This document shows, in pieces, positions 25,250-37,400 of a stretch of 64,000 nucleotides of DNA. Numbering within the stretch: the stretch's first letter is position 1; the number at the start of each line of letters is the position of its first letter. Below the pieces are notes generated by a model that worked only from the letters and a program-made list of their open reading frames with translations, made no database searches and was not told the DNA's origin. The position numbers and the translations under genes were made by a program. Origin of the DNA: Tubulanus polymorphus (lineage: Eukaryota > Animalia > Nemertea); NCBI RefSeq assembly GCF_964204645.1, contig NC_134027.1, positions 6,790,485 to 6,854,484 of the forward strand. Direction: 5' to 3'.

Positions 25250-28068
25250 CAATACTGGTATCAGTGGTATCGGGGTATCAGTAGTATCACCGGTCTCGGA
25301 GAGGATCGGACAGTATCGCTGGTATCAGTGGTATCGTGGAATCACTAGTATCACCGGTCTCGGAGAGGATCGGACAGTATCACTGGTAACAGTGGTATCG
25401 GGGTAGCAGTAGTATCACCGGTCTCGGAGAGGATCGGACAGTATCACTGGTTTCAGTGGTATCGGGGTAGCAGTAGTATCACCGGTCTCGGAGAGGATCG
25501 GACAGTATCACTGGTAACAGTGGTATCGGGGTAGCAGTAGTATCACCGGTCTCGGAGAGGATCGGGCAGTATCACTGGTAACAGTGGTATCGGGGTAGCA
25601 GTAGTATCACCGGTCTCCGAGAGGATCGGGCAGTATCACTGGTATCAGTGGTATCGGGGTAGCAGTAGTATCACCGGTCTCGGAGAGGATCGGACAGTAT
25701 CACTGGTAACAGTGGTATCGGGGTAGCAGTAGTATCACCGGTCTCCAGAAGGATCGGGCAGTATCACTGGTAACAGTGGTATCGGGGTAGCAGTAGTATC
25801 ACCGGTCTCCAGAAGGATCGGGCAGTATCACTGGTATCAGTGGTATCGGGGTAGCAGTAGTATCACCGGTCTCGGAGAGGATCGGGCAGTATCACTGGTA
25901 ACAGTGGTATCGGGGTAGCAGTAGTATCACCGGTCTCCTGAAGGATCGGACAGTATCACTGGTATCAGTGGTATCGGGGTAGCAGTAGTATCACCGGTCT
26001 CCGAGAGGATCGGACAGTATCACTGGTAACAGTGGTATCGGGGTATCAATAGTACCACCGGTCTCCAGAAGGATCGGACAGTATCACTGGTATCAGTGGT
26101 ATCGGGGTAGCAGTAGTATCACCGGTCTCGGAGAGGATCGGACAGTATCACTGGTAACAGTGGTATCGGGGTAGCAGTAGTATCATCGGTCTCCTGAAGG
26201 ATCGGGCAGTATCACTGGTATCAGCGGTATTGGGGTAGCAGTAGTATCACCGGTCTCCAGAAGGATCGGACAGTATCACTGGTAACAGTGGTATCGGGGT
26301 AGCAGTAGTATCACCGGTCTCCTGAAGGATCGGGCAGTATCACTGGTATCAGCGGTATTGGGGTAGCAGTAGTATCACCGGTCTCCAGAAGGATCGGGCA
26401 GTATCACTGGTAACAGTGGTATCGGGGTAGCAGTAGTATCACCGGTCTCCTGAAGGATCGGACAGTATCACTGGTAACAGTGGTATCGGGGTAGCAGTAG
26501 TATCACCGGTCTCGGAGAGGATCGGGCAGTATCACTGGTGTCAGTGGTATCGGGGTAGCAGTAGTATCACCGGTCTCCAGAAGGATCGGACAGTATCACT
26601 GGTAACAGTGGTATCGGGGTAGCAGTAGTATCACCGGTCTCCTGAAGGATCGGGCAGTATCACTGGTATCAGTGGTATCGGGGTAGCAGTAGTATCACCG
26701 GTCTCGGAGAGGATCGGACAGTATCACTGGTAACAGTGGTATCGGGGTAGCAGTAGTATCACCGGTCTCCAGAAGGATCGGGCAGTATCACTGGTAACAG
26801 TGGTATCGGGGTAGCAGTAGTATCACCGGTCTCCAGAAGGATCGGGCAGTATCACTGGTATCAGTGGTATCGGGGTAGCAGTAGTATCACCGGTCTCCAG
26901 AAGGATCGGGCAGTATCACTGGTATCAGTGGTATCGGGGTAGCAGTAGTATCACCGGTCTCGGAGAGGATCGGGCAGTATCACTGGTAACAGTGGTATCG
27001 GGGTAGCAGTAGTATCACCGGTCTCCAGAAGGATCGGACAGTATCACTGGTAACAGTGGTATCGGGGTAGCAGTAGTATCACCGGTCTCCTGAAGGATCG
27101 GGCAGTATCACTGGTATCAGTGGTATCGGGGTAGCAGTAGTATCACCGGTCTCCGAGAGGATCGGGCAGTATCACTGGTAACAGTGGTATCGGGGTAGCA
27201 GTAGTATCACCGGTCTCCTGAAGGATCGGACAGTATCACTGGTAACAGTGGTATCGGGGTAGCAGTAGTATCACCGGTCTCGGAGAGGATCGGGCAGTAT
27301 CACTGGTGTCAGTGGTATCGGGGTAGCAGTAGTATCACCGGTCTCCTGAAGGATCGGACAGTATCACTGGTAACAGTGGTATCGGGGTAGCAGTAGTATC
27401 ACCGGTCTCCAGAAGGATCGGACAGTATCACTGGTAACAGTGGTATCGGGGTAGCAGTAGTATCACCGGTCTCCTGAAGGATCGGGCAGTATCACTGGTA
27501 TCAGTGGTATCGGGGTAGCAGTAGTATCACCGGTCTCGGAGAGGATCGGACAGTAACACTGGTAACAGTGGTATCGGGGTAGCAGTAGTATCACCGGTCT
27601 CCAGAAGGATCGGGCAGTATCACTGGTATCAGTGGTATCGGGGTAGCAGTAGTATCACCGGTCTCGGAGAGGATCGGGCAGTATCACTGGTAACAGTGGT
27701 ATCGGGGTAGCAGTAGTATCACCGGTCTCCAGAAGGATCGGACAGTATCACTGGTAACAGTGGTATCGGGGTAGCAGTAGTATCACCGGTCTCCTGAAGG
27801 ATCGAGCAGTAACACTGGTAACAGTGGTATCGGGGTAGCAGTAGTATCACCGGTCTCAAGAAGGATCGGACAGTATCACTGGTAACAGTGGTATCGGGGT
27901 AGCAGTAGTATCACCGGTCTCCGAGAGGATCGGACAGTATCACTGGTAACAGTGGTATCGGGGTAGCAGTAGTATCACCGGTCTCCTGAACGATCGGACA
28001 GTATCACTGGTATCAGTGGTATTGGGGTAGCAGTAGGATCACCGGTCTGGGAGAGGATCGGGCAGTAT
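25250..28068 (+). repeat. 64-bp tandem array, ~44 copies (left arm)
   Basis: Unit cagtagtatcaccggtctcggagaggatcggacagtatcactggtaacagtggtatcggggtag; period 64 (e.g. 25471 to 25535). Confidence 0.97.
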
Positions 28069-28079
28069 GCCATGAAGTT

Positions 28080-28372
28080 ATAAGCAATAGTGAACTTTTA
28101 ATTCTAGATATTTAAGATTCAAGCTAGTGTAGTATATTTGAAATGTGCGATGAACTGTGTTAATTTGTAGTAATGTTTTAATTCAAAGTTTGTATGATCA
28201 TGATATCCTTAAGATGTTCCACAATAATAAATTAGATATATGTATCATAAATATGAATTAATTGACCTTAAGATTGTATCTACTTACACTACATTCAGAA
28301 GGAGGGCGATTTTTACCTACTTTGAGGAATTTGGATTTTAGGGGAATTTAACCCTGAGGATTTTTACCACTA
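28080..28372. repeat. Truncated copy of the element at ~29853-30537 (direct duplicate of ~30175-30530)
   Basis: Shared blocks gaacttttaattctagatattt, catgatatcctta.gatgttccacaataataaa and aattgaccttaagattgtatctactta.actacattcagaaggaggg.gatttttacctactttga. Confidence 0.8.
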
Positions 28373-29098
28373 GCCGCTTTATATACCATCGTCGAACTGT
28401 CTATTTTACAGATGCACAGCCACTATTTGACCATAAGTGGCAAGAAAATTATAAGTAGAGGGAACTGTCCCAGATTACCGCGAACAGCAGAATTAACAGA
28501 ACGTTTCTTTACCCTGAGCAGATATTTGCGAAATTTGATGAAAAATTTAAATTGTGGGCAATGTACATCTCTTAACAAATACATAGTAAAATACCCACGA
28601 TATATACCGTCATACTCTCTATACCGTCAAACTTTTCTTCACCGATGTGGATGGTATATCGGGGGTTGACTGTATTACAAAACAAAATAATTAATTCAAG
28701 TGATGAAAATATAATAGTAATAAAACTTGACGAGGACGTATCCAGGAAAATGCAAAATGTGATTTACTTCTTTAAAATGAAATATTACACGCTTCCGCAA
28801 ATTGTTCGCAAATGTTCTACATTTGAATTATCGATCCTGTAATGGGCTCAAGTAAAATTAAACCACCTGCATATTTTAACGCTCCAAGATCTGGCTATGT
28901 GACTACCAAAACTATGTAAGCTATCGATGCAAGCGGTGAAAAACAAAGAAGAAATAAGCCCCGGCCCTTGTTTTAATCCAATGAAAAATTCCGGTTTCAT
29001 GTAACCGGCATATTTCCATATGAAATAAAAATCAATTAAAATATTCTTCGTTTCAGTAATGATTTGAAAAGTAATGAGTAATGAATACGGTCGAAAGG

Positions 29099-29755
29099 GG
29101 GGTCATCCCTAGATTCCCCAGGTTCTATGTTCCCCGGGCCCTATATTCCCCGGGTTCCATGTTCCCCGGGTCCTATATTCCCCGGGTTCTATATTCTCCC
29201 AAAGGAAATAATACAACGAGGGTTCCATATATTCTCCAAATAATAAAAACGTTGACCGGTGTCCATACCTATGCTTTTTAATAATAGTCCATCAATCATG
29301 TCATGTATTTGCTAGATACTATAAATTTGATACAGACAAGGTGCTTTTATTTTTTGCAAACGCCAGAACTTAACGAGAGAAATTCGAGATGACAATTAAT
29401 CGATCGATCAGGTAATTTATTCAGTAGTTACGTCACACTGTAAAAAGGCTTTGAAACTTGCCCGGGAGATTTTTAATTGTGATTCATGTCGTTAATTTTC
29501 ATTTAATAGAATAAAGATAAAGATAAAGATACATGTAGTGCCGATTTTCAACATCAACTAATTGGCAGCCTGACGCGTTATCATGCTCTGAATTCCCGGC
29601 GCCGAAATTGAGTGTATGTGGCCATGGGAACAAAGGACCTTTTTATACATTTTCCATAATCTTCCAGGAATATCGGATCCGGGGAATATAGAACCCCTTT
29701 TATGTTTAATCTCCCTTGGGGGAACATAGGACCCGAGGAACATAGGTATGGACCC
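29099..29755. mobile_element. Mutator-like MITE with subterminal 17-bp repeats, nested in the foldback core
   Basis: Left arm has repeats of ggg(t/c)cctatattcccc; right arm has the inverted ggggaatatagaaccc / gggaacataggaccc. Flanked by gtcgaaag (29090-29097 / 29756-29763). Confidence 0.75.
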
Positions 29756-29852
29756 GTCGAAAGCACGACTTGCGTCCAGTCTTGGAATAATAATAAGTAT
29801 AGCCGCGAGTACTCCAAGTCCAGTAGAACAGCATACAATCATGTGTACACTA

Positions 29853-30537
29853 TGGTAAAAAACTTCTAGGTAGAAATCCCCAAATATTCAAAGTAGGTAA
29901 AAATCCCCACTTGGTGATTTTCAAGACCATTTCAAAGCAAAATGATACTCCAATTTTATTAATTTGCGATGAGACTGAAATATGTTTGGACTGTGCAATG
30001 AAATCTTTCGTTGTGATAAATTCTTAAGTAAACTCTTAGATTTCAATAAATTGTTAGAATTAATAAGAATAATACACTTTTATTTGTAATACCTTTAAAT
30101 TCGAACCGGAATATCTTTGACCTGTGAACTCTTGTTAACTTGTGGTATATTTGAGCTGCGCGATGCAATGAATTATGAGCAATAACGAACTTTTAATTCT
30201 AGATATTTTAGTTTCAAACTAGTGTAATATATTTGACAAGTGCTAAGAACCCTTTCATTAAGCTGTGTGATAACTTTTGAGTACTAATTTAGTATTAATG
30301 AATTTTTGATTTGTAGTATGTTTGAATTCAAGTAGTATATGCAATAGTTTGTATACTCATGATATCCTTATGATGTTCCACAATAATAAATAGGATATGT
30401 GTATCATAAATATGAAATACCGGTAAATATGAATTAATTGACCTTAAGATTGTATCTACTTAAACTACATTCAGAAGGAGGGGGATTTTTACCTACTTTG
30501 AAGAATTGGGGATTTTTACCACGGGGATTTTTACTGC
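29853..30537. mobile_element. TIR element (ggtaaaaatcccc family), nested in the foldback core
   Basis: ggtagaaatccccaaatattcaaagtaggtaaaaatcccc pairs with ggggatttttacctactttgaagaattggggatttttacc. TSD not identified. Confidence 0.6.
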
Positions 30538-30846
30538 ACGGTAAAAGACACAGATTATCCGAGGTGATTGTGAAAAACACCAGGGAAAATTGGAAATTTT
30601 TGTAAAACTATTAAAGTTTTTCAACTAAAGAATATTACAGTATTTCATTGACTTTTGCTGTGAAATCAAATTTGGGGGGATTTTGGGTTTTTTTTACCTA
30701 GGAGGGATTTTTACCTGTTACCAAATTATACTCTTCATCCATATGTGTACAGTTGCGTCCGCCTTACTCAGTGCTGGTCAACTTAGTATGACACTTAAGT
30801 TGTTGAATTTTACAAATAGGTATTTTGATGGACCTTCTATTTACAC

Positions 30847-31589
30847 GGGATACGCCCATAATACCTCCGCCCAAAATGCCTCCGTCCAAAATCCCACACC
30901 CAGAATCCCTCCACCCAGAATACCCTCATATGTGTCCAAAATACCTCCACCCAGAATTTAAAAAAAAATACTATAATTATATTATTTAGATGTTTAAAGT
31001 ACCACCAATATTGACTATTATACATGTATAGGATCATATATAATGTATTACGGTATATATAAACCTACTGAATAATAATTGAATAACAATTAATGACAAT
31101 GTTCACTTGCAATTAGTTTTGGCTGGGAATATTAATTAGTTTATCTCATGTCTTTAATCTTATGCTAGATTTCTCTGGAAACTATTCAATATTTAGATTA
31201 TAGAATATTAATTAGTCCTATAATCTAAGAAAACAATGTACTACATTTCGCTTTACACACTGAATTCAGTTCATTTCCATTTAAGTGCAACTATGATCAC
31301 TGAAATTAACATTATACTTTGATTTGCTCAATTAACTACTTTTAAACTATAGAACTTTGGTTTATTTGAGTATTGCCTGTAAATTAAAACTTGGGGGGGG
31401 GGACAAAATATTCATTCTAAAAAATTATATTTCTAATAGGTTCAAATTTTTGTCCTTCGGGCATAAACCCATTAGATCTAGGGCCTGGAGGTATTTTGGA
31501 CACATATGAGGGTATTCTGGGTGGAGGGATTCTGGGTGTGGGATATTTGGGTGGAGGTATTTTGGGCGGAGGTATTATGACCCGGATTC
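30847..31589. mobile_element. MITE with ~110-bp TIRs made of ~15-bp subrepeats, nested in the foldback core
   Basis: cataatacctccgcccaaaat...cccagaataccctcatatgtgtccaaaatacctcca is inverted at ~31485-31580. An 8-bp duplication atttacac lies at 30839-30846 / 31590-31597. Confidence 0.8.
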
Positions 31590-32444
31590 ATTTACACAGC
31601 CGATAGTCAATTGGTGAAATATTTTCAATACCAATGCTACTAAGGCTGAGTTGTGGTCAATGGTAGTTCATTCAATGTTATAAAAACTGTGATGATCTGA
31701 TACATTACTGCGTTGTATGCTTTTGATATTTTTGTGTTGTATGACTTCATTGGTGATTATATTTCTCAGGTATCATTTACATTTTACTTTACATTTTATT
31801 GTATCATATATTGTACATAATAGCAATGATTTATTCTCCATAGTCTTAATCTGCAATCTTGATATTGGTGCATATGTTTGTTTACAATATACTTAATTAG
31901 GCTGTTTAAAATTGAGAAACACTAATTAGTGAGTGACTTGTGACTTAACTAATTTTTTTTAAATAAAGAAGTTTCCAGTTTCTAGGCGCCATTTTGTGGC
32001 GGTCCCTCGAGGTCCCCATTGTTGCGATAATTTGCACTCATTTTTAAAACATAAGTTTAGATTGAATATCATATAGTTCTGCAGTCCCTTGCTCGACGAA
32101 ATTAATTTATACACCATTTTTAAGGAAACGAAATGCAGATATTTGCTGGCGTTTCTTGGAATTTTTGAACGCAACAATTGAGAACACTGACGATGTGACC
32201 CCAAGGACCGCATATCTTAACCGCGCGTAAAAGAAATCGCAACATTCATTAATTTCAAAATATCTAAGTATCTCTTAAAGCTATATTTCCAATTTTTACA
32301 GAGTTTAAAGAGGGTTATTTGCAGTTTAAGCCTGCGTTGAATATTTTTTTGAATATCTTTCCTGACGACTGATCTGTACCCGCTTGAGTTTGAGATTACC
32401 CGATAAAGTTAGATAATTTGATACGCCTTCAACAAATCTTCCAG

Positions 32445-32583
32445 GGGCCAGTTGCATAGTTATGGCTTAGACTTAAGACCAGTCTAAGACCAACTTAGTT
32501 CTATAGCCAATCTAACAACTTGAGACCAGTCTTAAGATTTAAGACCACTTTTGGACTTAAGTCACAAACTGTGCAACTGGCCC
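32445..32583. mobile_element. PIF/Harbinger-like MITE (same terminus as 12114 element)
   Basis: TIRs gggccagttgca / tgcaactggccc, internal cttaagacca repeats, flanks cag/ccg. Confidence 0.7.
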
Positions 32584-32812
32584 CCGATCCTTAGCTGCTA
32601 TGTCCTATTCAAAATCAAAAAACTTAGTACGGAGAGTATTACCAGGCAGTGGATACGGCGCACCAAAAAATGAAACCAAATTTTGCAACTCTGGAAAATA
32701 AATACATGTACCACCGATAAAAATTCCACTGTAATACTAGTCAAACCTCGCTACAACGAGATCTTTTATAACGAAATATCGGTTTAATCAAACGTGTCCG
32801 GCGCAAAAAAGT

Positions 32813-34490
32813 CTACTGCTACCCCGATACCACTGTTACCAGTGATACTGCCCGATCCTCTCCCAGACCGGTGATACTACTGCTACCCCAATACCACTGA
32901 TACCAGTGATACTGCCCGATCCTTCAGGAGACCGGTGATACTACTGCTACCCCGATACCACTGATACCAGTGATACTGTCCGATCCTCTCAGAGACCGAT
33001 GATACTACTGCTACCCCGATACCACTGTTACCAGTGATACTGTCCGATCCTCTCAGAGACCGATAATACTACTGCTACCCCGATACCACTGTTACCAGTG
33101 ATACTGTCCGATCCTCTCCGAGACCGGTGATACTACTGCTACCCCAATACCACTGTTACCAGTGTTACTGCCCGATCCTTCTGGAGACCGGTGATACTAC
33201 TGCTACCCCGATAGCACTGTTACCAGTGTTACTGCTCGATCCTTCCGGAGACCGGTGATACTACTGATGCCCCGATACCACTGTTACCAGTGATACTGTC
33301 CGATCCTCTCGGAGACCGGTGATACTACTGCTACCCCGATACCACTGATACCAGTGATACTGCCCGATCCTCTCGGAGACCGGTGATACTACTGCTACCC
33401 CGATACCACTGTTACCAGTGATACTGTCCGATCCTCTCGGAGACCGGTGATACTACTGCTACCCCGATACCACTGTTACCAGTGTTACTGCTCGATCCTT
33501 CTGGAGACCGGTGATACTACTGCTACCCCGATAGCACTGTTACCAGTGATACTGTCCGATCCTCTCGGAGACCGGTGATACTACTGATACCCCGATACCA
33601 CTGTTACCAGTGATACTGTCCGATCCTCTCGGAGACCGGTGATACTACTGCTACCCCGATACCACTGATACCAGTGATACTGTCCGATCCTTCTGGAGAC
33701 CGGTGATACTACTGCTACCCCGATACCACTGATACCAGTGATACTGTCCGATCCTCTCAGAGACCGATGATACTACTGCTACCCCGATACCACTGTTACC
33801 AGTGATACTGCCCGATCCTCTCCGAGACCGGTGATACTACTGCTACCCCGATACCACTGTTACCAGTGATACTGTCCGATCCTTCAGGAGACCGGTGATA
33901 CTACTGCTACCCCGATACCACTGTTACCAGTGATACTGCCCGATCCTCTCAGAGACCGATGATACTACTGCTACCCAGATACCACTGTTACCAGTGATAC
34001 TGTCCGATCCTCTCAGAGACCGATGATACTACTGCTACCCCGATACCACTGTTACCAGTGATACTGTCCGATCCTCTCCGAGACCGGTGATACTACTGCT
34101 ACCCCGATACCACTGATACCAGTGATACTGTCCGATCCTTCAGGAGACCGGTGATACTATTGCTACCCCGATACCACTGTTACCAGTGATACTGCCCGAT
34201 CCTCTCCGAGACCGGTGATACTACTGCTACCCCGATACCACTGATACCAGTGATACTGCCCGATCCTTCTGGAGACCGGTGATACTACTGCTACCCCGAT
34301 ACCACTGATACCAGTGATACTGCCCGATCCTTCTGGAGACCGGTGATACTACTGCTACCCCGATACCACTGTTACCAGTGATACTGCCCGATCCTCTCCA
34401 AGACCGGTGATACTACTGATACCCCGATACCACTGTTACCAGTGATACTGTCCGATCCTTCTTGAGACCGGTGTTACTACTGATACCAGT
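32813..34490 (-). repeat. 64-bp tandem array, ~26 copies (right arm, inverted)
   Basis: Reverse complement of the 25250-28068 unit (ctaccccgataccactgttaccagtgatactgtccgatcctctccgagaccggtgatactactg). Confidence 0.97.
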
Positions 34491-37400
34491 GTTGCTACGG
34501 ATGCTTTCGGCCCGTGTTGTATGCGGTGGTCCTGTTCTCACTGTATTGTCCCATGGCGCCCTCTACATAGCCGCCATCTTGAAACGGTGTTCTGGTACAC
34601 CACCGAACAACCCTACTACGGCTCCGTGCAGGACACAGGTCGCGGCCGTTACAGGCCTCCAGTAAGACGGAAACTATGTGTACCATAACAGCGGAACGAC
34701 GATTCGAGTCAACGATAGAAAATAATTTCATCAACAGATTCTTTGCAACAGTTTCCTACAGAAAATATCCACATCTGTCTCATTGTGACTTATTTTATGG
34801 TTTTCTGCTCCTAAACGGTAGATTTGATGAAAAATGTAAAACTCATACATGAAACGTCTAATAGAAATGCCATTTTTAACAAAATTTCGATAGACCGTTG
34901 ACACAATTATAGACAAATGTAATGGAATATCATTGTAGGATGTGTTTGAAAAATTAAACCGATTTAGTGTAAAATGGAACAATATTCTACGCCAAAGGGG
35001 AGGGGGTACTATATTTGCTACGACGATTTGTGGAAACAAGGTGGCGAATAAACATAATACCCGGATATCTCTGCAAAGCAATAACCCGATCTGACGATCG
35101 ATTTTTACGTTATTTTGCTCGACATTTGCGTTTAGCTCTGTGTAGGAACTTGGTACGGTAGGCCTACTCGTAGGCTAGTAACGATGCCGTCTACCGTTCT
35201 CTGTTCAACAGCTTCCAAATAGCAAAGATACCAAAGGATCAATATCAGACTGCGAATGGAATTCACGGCCTGTTTAAAAAAAATCAACTGTGTTTCGTAT
35301 TGAAGACACGTTTTGAATGACTACTTGAAACCCTTGATTTAGAAATAATGTCTCTTGAAAATGTTCCACCGATTTCAATTCATGGGCGTGTTTGGTTTGG
35401 TTGCTAGCATAACTCTTCATGAAAACTATTTTCTCCGAAAGTTGATTATTTCCTCCAAATATGACAAATAAACCGCACGGCATACTTGAACAAATGTAGA
35501 GATGCAGGTTGTACTGAATTATTTTTTTTGAGCATTGAACCGTCGCCGACTATGCCATACGAAACAACAGCTCGCGCCCGCTGATGTGATTACGTACCGA
35601 ACAACCCCAACATAAAACCGTCCAATGACACATATGCACTTAAGTCTAGTCGATCCAATTCGTGTGCAAATAGTAGAATATCTCAAAACATAGTCTTGGA
35701 AAAAATAGGTACTTCAGTTCTTTTTCGGGTACCATACCCCCAACTATGGGTCGAATTTGTGGTCATATGAATGTGTAACATGATAATATCGTCCAATAAA
35801 ATGTGTCTAGTAATGGAAAACTATACAGAAAGTTCAACATCATCATGGACCGGTCGATTATGCAGAGTACATTGACGACGAAAATGAAATGACTTGAAAT
35901 CTCAGAAACCTGTGTACCAGCCGAAATTCGTTGGACATATAATTGTGCTGTCACATTTTTACGACGGTCATTTTCCGCTTTAATCGCGGCTATCATTGGA
36001 CATCTTCAAGAAATTGCTTTCTTATTATTCATAAAATCTGCCGTGCGTCCGGTTGGCTTCTGGTGGGCCCTGTAAGATAAGTCATTCGGTGCAAAGGTCG
36101 TAAACTGGATTTTATGTATAGTTTATCGTACGTCTTAATGATCATCTTTTCAAAAGAACGCGGTGGAGATCGAGCAAGTAAAATTACTGAAGGTGATTTG
36201 TCAATTATCGCCATTGTTAAAGGTATACGTGTCATGATTTAATGATGACGTATGGGAGCTATTCCTCTCAATACAGATGGATAATAATGGATAAACGAAA
36301 GCGGGATTAAGACGACTATTGGATGCATTAATAGTATAAGATTATATTATGTAACTACAGGATTTACGAACTGAACTGCGCACTGCTTGGTTGCAGACAG
36401 CAAATGCTCATTACTGATATTTTAACGCCTTCCTCAAATCACAGAAGACTTATCTCCTCGTCCAGGCAAACAGGCCCATCGAAAAACATTTTTTATTTTA
36501 TTGGACACTCATTTGCTTTTTTATTATCGTATTTGTTCTACTCTGGTTGATACGGAAGTACATGTAACTCGTGTGGTACAGGTAGTGTTAGCGCAGGCAG
36601 TTCCTTTGGATTATTCTGAAACTGGTGTTATCTATTCTCCATCATCCACCAGAGCATGTATGGCGGCAAATCGGACCGCTTAAACAGTTTACGACGCGTA
36701 TATTACCAGAGTTTGTGGCCGCAGCGATCTGGTACTTGTGACATTTTATAACCCGCGATGATGGTCGTTTTGAGACCAAGCTCGAACCGTAAAACGACCG
36801 AACATCGCTGAAGACAACGTTTTACAATGTCGATACCCAGTCTGCTTTAACCGATAGCAAATAGTCAATCAAAGTATATCAATAATTGGCTAAGACTGTG
36901 GGAGATAAGCGTCCTCGTATATGTCTGTCACGTACGATTGGACCTGGCAGAGCCATGAACACCATGCAGTCGCAATGAAAGACCGAATATTATTGTTTGC
37001 GATAAGATCTTCGACGACGCAAGGTCGTCACCGCACATCGGGTTGGATCCGCGCCTTGCAGCTCGTCTCGATTAAGCCATTTTCAGGTGTTACAACAGCG
37101 ATTTTGTGTCTTTCGGGAATAGTCAGGGAGAAACGTGAAAGGCATTTCACATCGCGTTTCGTCAACTTTTAGGAAACTGTGACAATTAAAGACGTCGAGC
37201 TACCTTTAGAGCGGCAGAACTTTTAAATTTAGAAATGGAGTGTCTTGACTTTGAGATGGCTTCCTAAAATTGATTAGATACGGATTCTCTCCAGTGAATA
37301 TGCTTTGGCGTATAATTTCACGGGAAATTAATCAGCATCTCTGCAGTTGCATACATGAGAGCATGTGTCGGGAAAACCAACCGATACTTACCATCTTCTA

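Larger units (their letters stand above)
25126..34613. mobile_element. ~9.5-kb foldback-type non-autonomous DNA transposon with tandem-repeat inverted arms
   Basis: A unique ~125-bp terminal segment (gggttagtcagtggtgtaccagaacaccgtttcaagatggcggc...) recurs inverted at ~34490-34613. Each copy is followed inward by 64-bp arrays in opposite orientation. The flanks share ctactacg (25119-25126 / 34613-34620). Confidence 0.88.

Noticed and set aside
25250-28068. CRISPR array or repeat-protein gene
   Set aside because: Units are contiguous with no unique spacers, there are no cas genes and the context is eukaryotic. The 64-bp period is not a multiple of 3 and stops recur.
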